Counted from the first letter of the stretch, positions 25,476 to 39,374 are shown. The stretch: DNA of 64,000 bases from Camelus dromedarius (GCF_036321535.1 NC_087437.1:6634001-6698000); one strand, 5' to 3'. A program made the numbers and translations. Notes: generated by a model not told the origin, from the sequence alone.

Positions 25476-26109
25476 CTTTAAATTTTTTTTTTAATTTTTG
25501 TTTTTTAGTCAATTTACAATATTGCATCAATTTCTGGTGCACAGCATCATGTTTCAGTCATCCATATGCATACATATGTTCCTTTTCATATTCTTTTTCA
25601 TTATAGGTTACTACAAGATGTTGAATAGAGTTCCCTGTGCTATAGAGTAGAAACTTGTTGTTTATTTTATACATAGTAGTTAAAATCTTTATATCTTAAA
25701 CTCCCAGTTTATCCCTTCCCACCCTCTTTCCTCCCTGGTAACCATGTGTTTGTTTTCTGTCTGTGAGCCTGTTTCTGGTTTGTAAATAAGTTCATTTGTG
25801 TATTTTTTTTTTTTTTTAGATTCCACATATAAGTGATATTCTATGGTATTTTTCTTTCTCTTTCTGGCTCACTTCACTTAGAATGATGATCTCCAGGTCC
25901 ATCCATGTTGCTGCAAATGGCATTATTTTATTCTTTTTTATGGCTGAGTAGTATTCCATTGTAGAAATATACCATAACTTCTTTATCTGGTCATTTGTTG
26001 ATGGACATTTAGGTTGCTTCCATGTCTTGGCTATTGTAAATAGTGCTGCTGTGAACATTGGGATGTGTGTGTCTTTTTGATTTAGAGTTCCCTCCAGATA
26101 TATGCCCAG
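25476..26109 (-). mobile_element. L1 3' end with ORF2 C-terminus
   Basis: ORF 25816..26229 contains PMFTAALFTIAKTWKQPKCPS...MEYYSAIKKN...WMDLEIIILSEVSQ. TSD gtatgttt at 25468 and 26110. Confidence 0.92.
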
Positions 26110-26866
26110 GTATGTTTTAATCAAAATCAGAGTGTATCCACATGTTGAACTCCACAGACTACTGGATACTGAGTAATATGCTGGGGGTGGTATTTGTGTT
26201 TTCATAGGAAGAAATAAGGGAGAAACCACCTACAGTCTGAAATGCATTTGTATTATGTATTTGCTTGGGGAAACATAGGGTAGGGAGGACATCTTCATGA
26301 AAAACAAAGCAGAAACAATTTTCTTCCCATGGCAGGTGATGTCATCAAATTTAGAACTTTACCACTGGTTAAATGTTCTTTCTGCTTTAGTTGCTTGGAA
26401 ATTTACACTAACCTTGATGTTCACTTAAATTAGGGGTATGTTGATTGCCATTTTTCTTGCAGATGATTTTTAGATTTTTTTCTTTTTGTATTTCACATTT
26501 GCATGGTACTGTCTTGTCTTTAATTCAACAGACTTGACAAACGTTTTGCTTGTTTTAACGTAGCTGGTACAGACAATTACCATTTAAAATCCCAATCCAG
26601 AAGCTATCGGTGTTTTGTTGCTGATGCTCCTGTATGATCTCCTTTCTTTATTATCTGGGATCTTCTGGCAGGGTTTTTAAAGTCTTAAAATGCATTGTCT
26701 CTTCAGTAAAGACACCTTTTGAGTTGATTATTATTATTACCCTGACCATTCCTCCTCACTGTCAATATGATTTTTGTTCCTTTGGTCCAGATTTTAAAGT
26801 TTTGTTCAAGTTAAGGGAACACTTTTTCTCTCCCCCTTTAGTCCTCTGAAAACTTCCATCTCCCTG

Positions 26867-27181
26867 TGTGGTGGTTGAATGTTTGTGTCCCCACAAGCTC
26901 ACGTGCGGAAATCCTAACCTCCAAGGTGGTGGGATTTGGAGGTGGGTTTTAGGGAGGCGATTAGGCCACGAGGGTGGGGCCCTCTTGAGTGGGATTAGTG
27001 CCCTTTATAAAAGAGGCTTCAGAAAGATCCCTCTCCCCTTCTGTTGTGTGAGGACACGGAAAGTCTGCAGCCAGGAAGCAGGCTTTCCCCCCACCTTGGT
27101 CTCCAGGGCTGTGAGAAGTAGATGTTTATAAGCCACCGAGTCCATGGTGTTGTTTTACAGCAGCCTGAATGGACTAAGACG
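26867..27181 (+). mobile_element. MaLR LTR (MLT1A-like)
   Basis: tgtggtggttgaatgtttgtgtcccc...gggattagtgccctttataaaagagg...cagcctgaatggactaagac. Confidence 0.85.
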
Positions 27182-28103
27182 CCCACAGAAGGTCCAGCTG
27201 TGAAGCAGTCACTGACTGAAGCTTCAGGGCCCAACAGGAAGTCCCTGGGTGTACACTCATCCCCCAGTCCCACTGCAGACAAGCTGAGAATGCCCAGTTC
27301 TAGAACAGACAGGCTCCTCCCACAGCATCCACCTAAACTTTATAAAAAGGGGAGGGCAACACGGAGGAGGCCAGAGCTGGGGACAGGAACTCAGCAAGAG
27401 GCAAACCACTGAAAATGAATCATAAGCACCAAGATTCAAAGTACCAGATGTGTTGGAGGGGGAACTCTCCGAAAACAGGGACCTGCTTCAATTAAGCATT
27501 GAACTTCACATTATCAAGAAACTATTTTTTTAATGGCACAAAATCAAAAGGGTGTCTAAATTGTTGAATGTCTTGCTGTCTGTTCCTGATAAATGTCAAT
27601 CTAACCCCTTCCTCCACTCCCAGTTCTTTTACAGCTGGATTATCAGAAATCCACTGAACTTCAAGGAGAAACTCTACCAAGTTTATTGGAACCCCCGATG
27701 TTGATAGCATGATTCTTTGAGTTTCTTGATATGTTTGCCTTCACCTTGAAGCAGCTCTTGATGCTGTCCTCTCTCATCAATGACTTTAAGGCATTTTCCC
27801 TTCTTACCCACCAACTCCTCAGTTGAAGTTTTGCCTCCTGGCCAGAGGCAGTGGTTGTGGCTTTTTCCCACAGGGTCCTCACAGAAGTGACCCCAGAAGA
27901 CAGAATCCTGCTCCATGGTTACATGTCATCTTTCCTCCCCACCATACCACCCCTACATGGTATTTTCCCTGCAGAGTCCTGATCTTTTTTAGGAAGGAGC
28001 CAGGGACAGGAATTGCAAAGCAATGAGGAGGATTATGCTCAGGCAGCGTGGCTTAGAGGCTGGGTTGCAGACTTTGGAACTACACCCTCTAATTTTAAAT
28101 TCC

Positions 28104-28748
28104 AGAGATGACATGCACACCAATGTTCATAGCAGCACTAGTTACAATAGCCAAGATGTGGGAACAACCCAAGTGCCCATCAACAGATAACTGGTTTAAG
28201 AAGCTGTGGTATATATACACACACACACACACACACACATATATGTATGTATGTGTATATATACACACACACACATATATACACACACATATACACAGTA
28301 GAGCATTACTCAGCCATGAAAAAGAATGATACAATGCCATTTGCAATAACATGGATGGAACTAGATATTATCATATTAAGGGAAGTAGGTCAGACAGAGA
28401 AAAACAATTATATAATATCACTTAGGTATGGAATCTAAAAAATTTACAAATGACCTCATTTATAAAACAGAAACAGACTCACAGACATAGAAAACAAACT
28501 TATGGTTACCAAAGGGAAAGGGGAATGGGGAGGAATAAATTAGGAGTATAGGATTACAGATGCAAACTACTGTACACGAGATAGATAAACAACAAAGTCC
28601 TGTTGTATAGCACAGGGGACTATATTCAATATCTTATAATAACCTATAATGGAAAAGAATCTGAAAAAATATATGTACAACTGAATCACTTTGCAGTATA
28701 CCTGAAACTAACACAATATTGTAAATCAACTAAGCTTCATTAAAAAAA
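28104..28748 (+). mobile_element. L1 3' end inserted into a MIR; contains a (TA)n(CA)n microsatellite
   Basis: Translates TCTPMFIAALVTIAKMWEQPKCPS. TSD taaattcc at 28096-28103 and 28749-28756. MIR halves at ~28040-28095 and ~28757-28950. Confidence 0.92.
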
Positions 28749-30039
28749 TAAATTCCGAAGCTGTCACTTGCTAACAGCATGAACTTATGCAAGTCTTTTC
28801 ACCTCTCCAAGCTTTAGTTTCCTCCTCTGCCCAACATGAGTAATAAGGGTGATGGCTTCATAAAGCTATGGGGAGGGGTAATAGATTAAAGTGTGTAAAC
28901 ACTTAGCACAGTGCTTTGCATGTGGTAAGTGTTCAATACCCTTTTGCTGCCATTGTGATATTGACTAGGGAATAAGAGAGGAACAGAAGGATTGGTTGTT
29001 GTCCTGAATAAATGTGCAGACTTCAGTCCCACACAGGCATGTATAACACACATATTCATGATGAGGGAGAATTGCAGAGCAATGTGCTAGAATAGAAAGC
29101 TGTGGAATAGAAGACTCTGGAAACTAATAAGATTTTTTAAAAAGGATATTAGTGTGAAATGGCATAACCAGAGAAAAGTTCATTGCAAAACTGGTACCTG
29201 AGCTGGCCTCTAAATGACAAGGAAGTTCTGAGAAGTGGACAGAGCAGAAAAGACTGTTCTAACATCAGGCATGAGAAAAATAAGCACAGAACATGTAGAA
29301 GACCCAAGAAACATGACCAGAAGAATCAGAGAGCTTGTGTTGGGGAATGTGCTGTGGCTAACACCTGATAGATGCTTCAGATACGCTTGTGGATGAAGGA
29401 GGAAACTTTCAGATACGTGGGAAGGGTCCAGAGGATGGAGAGCCTTGGGTGTAAGATGAGATATCAGAGCACAACATACAGCAAAAGACAAGAAAAGAAA
29501 GTAACAGTTCAGGAATATTATTCCAAAGTGGGTCAGCATAATAGACTGAAGAAAAAAGAACCTGGAAACAGAGAGACTAGTTATGAAGCTCTGGTGATAA
29601 TAAACGTTGCAAGAGCTGACCCTCTACTGGGATCTGGCACTAGGACAAGCTGGAGGGAAGGGCATCAGCAGGACCAGTAAAAACAGCTCTCTCCCCGCTC
29701 ACTTTTTGTCCACTTGTCCTATTCTGTTGCCCTCAGACATTCCCCATGATCTGCAGGTCCTTTGTTGATTTCTATGTTTACTTGTTTATTGTCCACCTCC
29801 TCTAGAAGGACGACTCTGGAGAGCAGAGACCTTACTGCTTCTAGAATATATTCTGAGGCACAAGCTGTGTCAAAGCGTGAAGGGCAGGATGGAGCTGCAG
29901 GTCGTCGTAGGTCTGCAGTGTGGACCAGCAGAAGCAAGGGAGTCAGGACCACCTGGTTTGGGCAGAAGTGATGACAGCATCCCTGCATCCACCCACTCTT
30001 TCAGTTGTGATCCTCATTAGGGGCGCTCGGGGAAGCCAC

Positions 30040-30270
30040 GCAGACCAGTTGCTAAGACTCTGACATTGGATGGCTTGGGTTTGAGTTCCAGTCTCAACAT
30101 CAATTTACCTGTGAAAGGACTTCGGGCAAGTTACTCTCTGAGTCCTCATCTCCTCATCTGTACAATGAGGATAATAGTAAAACCCACCTGTCAGGACTGA
30201 GATGTGGATGGTAAGCTCCTAGCCCAGGGCTCAGCATTACTAAGGACTCAGTCATGACAGCTCTTGTTAT
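30040..30270 (+). mobile_element. MIR SINE
   Basis: MIR core gggcaagttactctctgagtcctcatctcctcatctgtacaatgaggataatagta. Confidence 0.7.
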
Positions 30271-31329
30271 TGCCACGTGCCAGGCATCGGGCCACTGAGT
30301 TCAGGTGGCAGTGAGACTGGGCAGTGGAAATAGTCTAGAAGCTGTTGGATATACAGGTCTGGTGTTTGTATGAGACTCAAGAGTGAATTTGCTTTGACTT
30401 CATTCCCTGTTGACTTGGTTGCTACCCCTGGCCACGTAACAGTGGCAGGAAGCCGTGTCTAAAGCTAGTTCAGATATATTTTCTGCAAAGGGACTCACAA
30501 TAACAAAGGAAATTACTATCAAGAAATGAGACCTGCTATATTGTTCTTCCAGGAGGAAAAATAAAACAAGTTGGGAACTGCTTTTCTTTTTCTTTTTCCT
30601 GTAACTCAAAATAATGTTATAAAATAGATAGCAGGATAATTTCAAAGTCAAGTGCTTATTGATGTTTTCTTATTTATAAAAGAACTGGGTATTTAAATTT
30701 CAGGTATTGTGTTATGAGCAGCTGTACTAGACAGCGGGAGAAACTAAATAACGAAGCTCTCGATAACTGGTAAAATAATGAAGACAAAGAGCCTTAGTAA
30801 CAATCCAGGATACTTTTTTACTTTCAGAAAGATTTTTAAAAAGTATTTCTGATATTAAAGAAAAAAGGAAAAGGGAGTTTTACTGCCTACAACATTTCTT
30901 GTTCAATGTCTTAACAGTGGTTTATTTCAAAGAGTCAACTTGAATAAACAGGGCATAGATTAACTGGAGCCATACACCAGAATGCTGGGCCTGAAAAGGA
31001 GCTTGGAGGGTAACTTTAACCTTATTATTCTGCAGATAATGAAACCCAGAGACTTAAAGGGATATCCTCAGGGTCACAGATCTCTGGGTGGCAGAACTTG
31101 AACTGGAACCCACGTCTCCTGATTCCGAACCCAGATCCCTTTCCCCTTCACCAGGTTGGTGGCCCATAGCAAAGGGGCAAATGCCCAACTAGGGGAGACA
31201 TTAAAATAATGGGGCAAGTGATCATCAGCTTCCATGACGATTCCTGTGAACTGCATTTATCCAATCTAGTCTTGTTCCCCAAGGCCCAGTGTGGCCACTG
31301 ACATACCCTGGGGACCCCAGACTCAACAT

Positions 31330-32245
31330 GGTCTCTTTGTCTCTGCAAATGGCACCACCACCTACTCTCTTGGCCAAGCAGGATTTTGAATATCACAATG
31401 ATTTCCCTTTTTCCTCCCACAACCAACTATTCAGTAAATATCATTCTCCCCTCTGCCCCACAGTCCTCCTTGAATCCTTCCATCTCTCGACCCCCAATGC
31501 CTTCACCCCAGAGAAAGCCACCATCCCTCTCACCTGCAGTACTGCTGAGCCTCTAACAAGACTCCCCTCCCTTCTCCTTGTCTCCTCTTATGTCCCTGCT
31601 CAGTCTGATCTTCACATGTGGTGAGAGTGATCACTCTAAGTCAAATCTAGTTATTTCACCGTCGTGTTTAGTATTCATCAATGGTTCCCATCACCCTCAA
31701 GGTAAAAATCCAAACTCCCTTCACTTGAAGTACAAAGTGCTGCAAAAACTAGCCCGTGGCGATCTTCCCAGCCTCATTTATTCCTTTATTTTTTCCCCCG
31801 TCAAATCCCCTCCCCATGCTGAATCTGCTCTAGCCATATCGCACTTTGATATTTCCCCCCACGTATATCAGCCTCTCATACATCTGGGGCTCCGTATGCC
31901 CTGTTCTGTCTGCCTTGAACGCTTTCCCTGTATCTCTTCACCTGGCTAGTTTCTAATCATCCTTTAGAGTTTTGCTTGGATGTCACTTCTTCCAAACAAT
32001 CTTCCCTGACCACCCAGCCCCTCTACTTGTCTGGTTAGACTCCTCCTCCCGACTTCAAGAGTAAGCCTTACATCCCCATTATACACTTTCCACACCTGTT
32101 GTCAGTGACTATTTCTTGTTCGTCCTCACTAGCTGTCAGCTCCATGTGGGATGGAAATTATGTCCATCTATGTAGAATCCACACTTCCTATTGCACTTGC
32201 TGGCACATAACCCGAAATAGCTGGTAAATGAATGATTGAACAAAC
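31330..32245 (+). mobile_element. L2 LINE 3' region
   Basis: aaatggcaccacc...atgtcacttcttcc...ttccctgaccacc...ctggcacata...aaatgaatgattgaa terminus. Confidence 0.7.
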
Positions 32246-34148
32246 AAATCGAGCTGCTTTTTACTTTCTAAAATTCCTTGTGGGATTAAGAGAGATTGAG
32301 TTGAGTGTGAAGATGGGTGAGGAATAGTTCAGACAGAAGTATTTCAGACTGGAACTGGGGAAGAGGAGGAGCATCATTTGTTTCTCTTCCCCTTGGAATT
32401 CTAACAAAGAACAAGGTTGGAGACAAAGGAGAAAGGGGTTCTGGGTTAAGGATGGACTGGCAGTTCTAGCAAGGAAGACTTTGAAACCAGTGGGAGTCTC
32501 CTTATCCGAGACACCTTGTCCTACATTAACCATTTGTGTTTACTTTGTGTATGTCTAAAATTTTCATCATAAAAAGTCTTAAATTTTTATTCTTTTGCCT
32601 AGAATTTCAGGAAATTGAAGAGGCAATCATTTGGTCAAGGGAAAATGTGTATTTAATCAGTAAATGGGCATCAGAGAAGAAAAACGTATTAATCAGATGA
32701 TTTTATGTGGGAAGTGGTGGGATCCAAGTGCTTGACGTTCAAGAAACTTATATTGAAAGGAAGAACGTAACATCAGTTTAAATTGTAATCACTTGTTGTC
32801 AAGAAAAGGAATAATAATCTTTGTTATATGATTATTTTTAGTGCTTCTCTGTATGTTTTAACAAAATTAAATGTGAGATTGTGTGGAAACGGTTACACTT
32901 GAAGTTCTGAAAGTAAGCCAGGAACACTGTTGAAGTGGGTTATTGCTACGTGAAAATCACATCGCAGCCTCAGTTCCCTGAAGAATTTTGTTAAGCTATT
33001 TTCTGAAGGCAAAAGCCAAGATCTTAATAGGTTTTAGCTGACAGAGTGGGAGTTATTTGGACATTTGAACATGCCATTACTTAAACAAGTTACCAAATTT
33101 ATTCAGAAGTCTACAGACTTGTATTCTAGATAGCTTCCATGGTATGTTTTACATTTTCTACCTTTCACAGTTTTTCTTTGGCTACATGGATAAAATTATT
33201 TGCAACCAGCACATTTCTGTTGAGTCCAGTGTTTGGTCTCTCACTGTCTTCATGCTGCAGCCAGGAGCATGAAATCCAGTTTCAGGAGACAAAATCCAGT
33301 TCCAGAGGTTTCCCGTGAAGCCAGTACGTTTTCTCTTGGTCATTTTGGTTGGAGCCCAAATATATCTGAGTCATAGTTTGGTATTTCACTCTGGTGATTT
33401 TCCTCATTTTTCATAATTTGCCTACTGCTGTCAAGAACAGTCATTGTCTTCCCCAAGAGACTAGTGAATACTCCTTTAAGCCAGTGGATTTATAAAAGGG
33501 GGGAGCCAGTGATTCAGTTTGTTCAGGCAGATTCATCAAATACTTCCTAAATACAAGGCATAGTGGAAGATGTTTTCAGGGATGCAAAGAGAACTCTCCT
33601 TGATCCAAACGAAACTGAAGTCAAATTATAGACAAACAGAAAGAAAAAATGTACACAGATAAACTTTTTGTTCTTAAGTGGACATAGTTGATAAGAGACA
33701 AAACTCCTATACTAAACTTCTATTGAAAGGATTTGTGACTGCACCCCAAACTAACTGTGAGAGGGTTTACATAGAATAACTGGAAATGAGTGTTTTTCTC
33801 CCACTCTTTATGCTCCATCGGAGAACAGATATTGCCAAAGGTAGACTTTTTAAAAATTACTTTCTCCAGAGAAAGCAAGGTGGCTGGGTCACCCTCACAT
33901 TTATTTGCTTTAGAAACGAGTACATCCTGGACTAAGAAGCTTTCGAGCTAATCAGTCCACTGGAGTCCAGCCAGTGCAGGCTTCTGGAGGGAGAGTATAC
34001 ATATGTTGGGCCGTTTTGACTTGGGGTTGCCATGTAAAGCCTCAAACTGACAGAAGAAGTCAAAGTTGCTGCTCTGTCTCAGGGGGACTAAAATGTCATT
34101 TGTTATTATTATTTTCTTGGCAATTTTTAAGAAAAATTTTCTTGGCAA

Positions 34149-34535
34149 TGTTGGGGGAACTTATCCAGAAGACATGACCACCAGTTGACCCATGAACTGG
34201 CCCTGGACAAGTGGATGCTCCTTACCCCTCCCTTGTCCATGGAATTTAAGTTCTGCCAACTGTTCCCACAGCTGGAGCTGTTTTCAAGGGCATGGCCTTG
34301 AGAGAGTATTGTGGTATTGAGATCATTGGGACTGAATTCATAACAAAGCCCCATTAAGGCCTCTACATAAACTTTAAGATTCTGGTGGGGGCAGTGTGAA
34401 GTCCTACTCATCTTGTGGTACCTAAGACAAGCCTTGTGTGTAAGTTCCCTTGCTTATTACACCTGCCTCCTACCCATCTGGAGAAATCTGTTCTCCCTCT
34501 GCCCTCCGTGGATAAAACCAGTTTATGAACCCACA
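34149..34535 (+). mobile_element. ERVL solo LTR (MER74/LTR53 group-like)
   Basis: tgttggggg start, gtaagttcccttgcttatta.acctgcc.cctacc.atctggag motif, and ...aacccaca end. Confidence 0.55.
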
Positions 34536-34842
34536 GGTGAAATGCAGTTTGAATTTTAGTGTTTATTTTAGCTTATTTTTCCACTTGTTTTGTTTAAAAT
34601 TCTCCTTCTTTGAAATAATTTGCTACTCTTAAGAGTTTAATCAGGGGTGAGCTACAGCCCTGTTGACTTCCAACTAAATTATTCAGAAAAGAAAGCAAAT
34701 AGTAAAAGAGTTATATATCTAAATCTAAGTGTAATTCTAGAATTTAAAGATATCTGTATATATGAAAATATTCATATTTGGTATAAAACTCCTAACCATG
34801 GGCATTTTTAAACCATAGAATTGCCCTTTGTATGCAGATTTC

Positions 34843-35349
34843 TGTTACTGAGTCCAAGCTTGCACTGCTCACCATATGAAAGCCCAATAAATGGGGAGAC
34901 GAGGTGTTGGGGTAAGGAATTGTGACTTTGGAAAGTCAGCAGACGGAGAAGATGGTGGACTAGTGCCTCAAAGAACCATCCTTGAGTTAAAATTCAGGAT
35001 ATAAAATTCTTTTATACTAAAAATGGGGCAGGAGGGTGTGGTTGGTTTTTGCAGACTTCTTGGTGTCGGAATCCTTTGTTCTTGGAGCTGTCCACATAGG
35101 TCAGGTCATGATGTTCCTGTAAACCTCCAACAAGACAAATGTTTTTCTCTCTTCTGCAGCTTTTCTTTTTATCTCTATATGAATGGAGAAGTGTTCTACC
35201 CTTAAAGGTCAGAGCCTTGAAAATGGGCTATACTGTATATTTCAGGCTCTAGGCAATGTTCTTAACTTGTAGCAAAAGCTATAGAATACAAAGGTTAAAG
35301 TAAAAGAAACAGATTGAATATGGAGTCAGATTTGTTCTTCCCTATTACA
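34843..35349 (-). mobile_element. ERV1-class solo LTR (same family as 22820-23322)
   Basis: tgttact...ctattaca termini. Flanks atttc/ttttc are consistent with its own TSD. Confidence 0.8.
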
Positions 35350-35529
35350 TTTTCAATGAAGTACAAAAATTTTTACAAAAACCTGCCCTCTGGATTCTTC
35401 CTTTTTAATATAACAATAATGTTATACTCAATATGGAAGAAGGCAGAAATCATCCATTGACTATTTCAGGTTGGCAATAACACCTAGAAATGAGAACATG
35501 GGAGCCTACTTTATTGTCATGACTTCATT

Positions 35530-35950
35530 GTGACAAAGTATGATTCCCTACCCATAGACCTAGGACTTGATCATGCAGGTTGTTTTGCCAAAGGGACGTT
35601 AATACACGTGAGAGAAGCAGAGGCTTTGCATGTGCTGGGGTGATCAGGTTGGCATGATTGGGTTTGCACTCTGGTCCTCAGGGAGGACTGCCTGCCTCAG
35701 GAAGCCACAGCTGCTTCAGCCTGAGTCCCAGACTGAGAAATGAGGACCATGTGCCCCTGACAATTACTGAGCCACCTGGAGTTGATCTAAACTAAACCTG
35801 CAGCCTGGAGCCAACAGTCCCACCCAGCTTGGCCACAAAGCTGCCACCCTGCTACTGATGGGTGTGGGAATAAATAATTGCTGTTTTAAGTCCATGAGTT
35901 TTAGGGTGGTTTGTTATTCAGCATTATTGTGTGAATAACTGACTAATACA
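35530..35950 (+). mobile_element. MaLR LTR (MLT1I/J-like)
   Basis: aataaataattgctgttttaagtccatgagttttagggtggtttgtta...taactgactaataca end. Confidence 0.7.
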
Positions 35951-37280
35951 GACAATTTCCAGAGCTTTCCTTCCAACTCCATGTAGCCATATTAACTACA
36001 AAACTTCTAAAATTTCTAAAAATATTCCTTTTCATAAGTGTCTCTAAGAGTATCTTGTGATATAATGTGGATATTTAGTGCTTTCAACTCAGAATGACTT
36101 TTCTTTGCATTGGAAGAACTGAATTGGTTAAAAAAAAAAAAAAACCAGAAGCATGTTCTGAGTGAATTCTAGTTATAACAGGTATCACTTTCTGTCTTCG
36201 AAAGGAGTAAATGCTGACTATATATTGTGTTGCTTTTGAAATTTGGGAATTTGATTCTATAGACATTCTGAGATGTAGAAAGTGAATTTTGTGTGAAGCT
36301 CAAAGTTTTCAGAAATGCTGTGCTGTTTGGAAAAAAATTCTTCTCTTAAGTTTGAGCAAACTTTTCACTCATATGCTTTCTAATTTTCTAAGTAGAAAAG
36401 AATTTTTTTCATATCACGAAGAATTCAAGTGTGAGGGGCAGTTAGTTCCAAACTGCCTGCTGCTTTCCAGCTAGGATTGTGTGCAGTTTATGTCAAAACA
36501 CTTCAGCAAAGAAATACAAATACAGACTAATGTTTGACTTCTTTTGTTGTGTTGAACTGGAGCCAGCAAAAGTATTTATATCTAAATCCACTTGTGAAAT
36601 GCATAACCCTCTCAATGTGACTTATATGTTTAAGGCTTAAAGAGAATTCAGGCTGATTGACAGAAGCTACTGCTCTTACGATGTCAAAATGTACGACTCT
36701 GCTTATGTGGAAACTTTTAAATTCATTCTTTTCACAGGGGGATGTTTATCTTCCAATTAAGTGCGACTGCATTAGCAGGGAACACTCGTTTGCCCTACTG
36801 TGTGTCTAGTAAGGCAAGTACTAGTAAACCTTCCACACACACGTCCTCATTCTCCTCTAAGAAACTTGAGGGAAACAAATCCCCCCCAAGCCCCAAGTGT
36901 ATGCCTAAAATATCTACTTAGACACTGCCTCCGGGCAAAATAGATGGCTTTGCCATTTTAAACACTGGAACATAACGTGGGTAAAAAAAGAGAACCCCGT
37001 CATAGACAGTCAGATATTTTCTTCCTCTCTCTAACGGTAATATTCTACAAAACCCTGTTTTCTTCTCTTTAATTCTTTGAGGAACCAAGACCTGGTTGTT
37101 TGACTCTAAAATGGAGATGAGCTTCTGTGGATGAACTCTTATAAAAGAGCACCGGCACATCAAATGTCTTAGACACCAAGTAGGGACGTCACGTCTCCAT
37201 TTTTCAAAAGCTCCATCCTCCCACTTTGCTGAACTTTAGTACCTTGTTTAAATTTTTATTGCATTCCCCCATAGTGTTAT

Positions 37281-37640
37281 GCATAAGTATATAAGAAATG
37301 CCACAACAGATTAGGCCAGTGGTCCATCTTGCCTGCCTCTCAGGGATGTTTTGTAGGGAGCTAATGTTGTCTTTCTTGACATTACTCTGAAAACATTAGG
37401 GATCCACTGCACACATTCCTTACACCCCGTTAATATTCCATTATAGAGCCAGCATCTGAGAATTTTCCTAAACCTTTTAAAACTTATTTATAGTTTCACC
37501 CTTTGTTATTCTTTTGGGACCATAAGATCCCTGCATAATTTGGATTAAAAAAGAGATGACCTCTTTCAAGTTTCCAGAGCGTGTTCCTGAGGTCTAGCAT
37601 GTTGAAATTTGATGAATAAGTTCCTGATTACAAACCCCAC
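37281..37640 (-). mobile_element. Ancient CR1/L3-type LINE 3' end
   Basis: cataagtatataagaaatgccacaacagattaggccagtggtccatcttgcc resembles the reverse 3' terminus of amniote CR1 (cataagaacataagaa.tgccatactgggtcagaccaatggtccatctagcc). Confidence 0.45.
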
Positions 37641-37668
37641 ATCTTCACAGTTTCCTAGAATTTACTTA

Positions 37669-38135
37669 CGTGGTAGGCCACTTTTAAAGTGGTTCCCAAA
37701 GATCCTCAAATCCTGGATGTCCGTGCCCTTGTGTAATTCCCCTCCCCTTATGCCCGAGCATGACCTAAGACTTGCTTCTAATGTGTAGAATGTGGCGTAA
37801 GTGGTGACAAATCAATTTCAAGATTAGGTTATGAAAGTCTGTGACTTCCATTTCGCTTGTACACTCTCTCTCTCTGAGTCTTTTAGTGTGCTTGTTCTAA
37901 AGAAGCCAACCACCATGTTGTAAGCTGCCCCCTGGGGGAGTGGTCCTCGTGGCAAAGACCTGACGGTGGCCTCTGGCCAGCAGCAAGCAAGGAACTGAGG
38001 ACCTCAGTCCAACAGCCCTCGAGAACCAGATCCTGCCAATGATAATGTGGTGGGTTTGGAAGCTGATTCTTCCCCTGCTGAGACTTCAAATGAGGCCACA
38101 GACCCAGGTGACACCATGATGGTAGCCTTGTAGGA
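37669..38135 (+). mobile_element. MaLR LTR (MLT1E/F-like), 3'-truncated
   Basis: gtgcccttgtgtaattcccctcccctt...cagcaagcaaggaactgaggacctcagtccaacagcc. Confidence 0.8.
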
Positions 38136-38404
38136 GATCTGGGAGGGATCTTGGGGATCACCAGGGACCGTTTCAGAAGTATCCTACCATGTAATTAACC
38201 AGGAATTATGAGGGTCTTGGCCTTGGTTTATTTTGGTTACATCTTTGAGGTAGTCCTGCTGTAAGATTCCAATTGTTCACCATATTGGTCTTCCAAAAAT
38301 ACTTTTATCTTGGTAATTCTAAGACACATTTCTCCCTCTCAGATCATTTATGTGACTTAAAAAAAATAACTGAAGCATCCTCACAGATTTTGATACAGTG
38401 GGCA

Positions 38405-38945
38405 TATTACTCACTTATTTTTGTGTAACAGACTACCTTAAAACTTGGTGGCTTAAAACAATCGCTATTTATTTACTTCCCGATTCTGTGAGTTGGCAGC
38501 TGGCAGTTGACTGGGCTCAGCTGGGTAATTGTGATCCCAGCTGGACTCCTTCATGATCTGCCATCAGCGGCCGGTCACCTAGCCGGCTTCGCTGATGTTG
38601 GATAGATTGTCTCACATCTCCGAGGCCTCAGCTGGGATGGACCCACAGACTCGGTTGTGCTCCATGTGATAATAATCCAGCAACCCATCCCAGGCTTGCC
38701 CACAGGCCAGTGTCAATGTCCCAGGGAAGTAAGCAGAAGCAGGGCCTCTTGAGTCCTAGGCGTGGGACTGAGACATCTGTCACTCCCACCATGCCCTGCT
38801 GGCCGGAGTAAGTCCTGAGGCCAGCCCAGACCCATGGGGTAGGGGGAAGAGATTCTACCCCCTGGGTGGGAGGAACTGCAAAGTCAATTACAAACAGCAA
38901 GGACACAGGGGAACTGATAACTGTGGCTACTTCTGCAGTCAACCC
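38405..38945 (-). mobile_element. MaLR LTR (MLT1G/H-like)
   Basis: tgtgtaacagactaccttaaaacttggtggcttaaaacaatc...gggaggaactgcaaagtca. Confidence 0.7.
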
Positions 38946-39227
38946 AGTGGTCATCCTCCCGCCACAACACAGAACATGGTCGCACAAAGTGGTACCCACT
39001 GTCATACTCGCTACCGATGCTGGACTCTCACCCCAGCTCTGCAGCTCACCATCTGGGTGGCTCTGGGCTCCAGTTTACTTATCTGTAGCACAGGCTGGTA
39101 ATAGGTCCTACCTCACAGGGTCACTGTGAAAATTTAATGAATTACTGTGTATGATGATCTTAGGCCTGATGTGCTCAAAAATTGTTAGCTGTTATTATCA
39201 AGAATATGATGCTTTGCAACAATTATT

Positions 39228-39374
39228 GGGGGAGGGTATAGCTCAAGTGGTAGAGTGCATGCTTAGCACGCACAGGGTCCTGGGTTCAACTCCAGTACCT
39301 ACATTGAAAAACCAAATAAATAAATAAACCTACTTCCCCCTGCAAAAAAAAAAAAAAATAAGAATGCTTTAAAA
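39228..39374 (+). mobile_element. tRNA-Ala-derived SINE (Vic-1-like)
   Basis: gggggagggtatagctcaagtggtagagtgcatgcttagcacgcacagggtcctgggttcaa head with A/B boxes and an A-rich tail. TSD aacaattatt at 39218 and 39375. Confidence 0.9.

Noticed and set aside
27522..27916. Three overlapping minus-strand ORFs that looked like a possible processed pseudogene
   Set aside because: No frame matched a protein I recognise, and there is no poly(A) or TSD. A BLASTX search would settle it.
39228..39303. tRNA-Ala-like gene (and seven similar reverse copies)
   Set aside because: These have A-rich tails, TSDs and broken stems, so they are SINE copies rather than tRNA genes.
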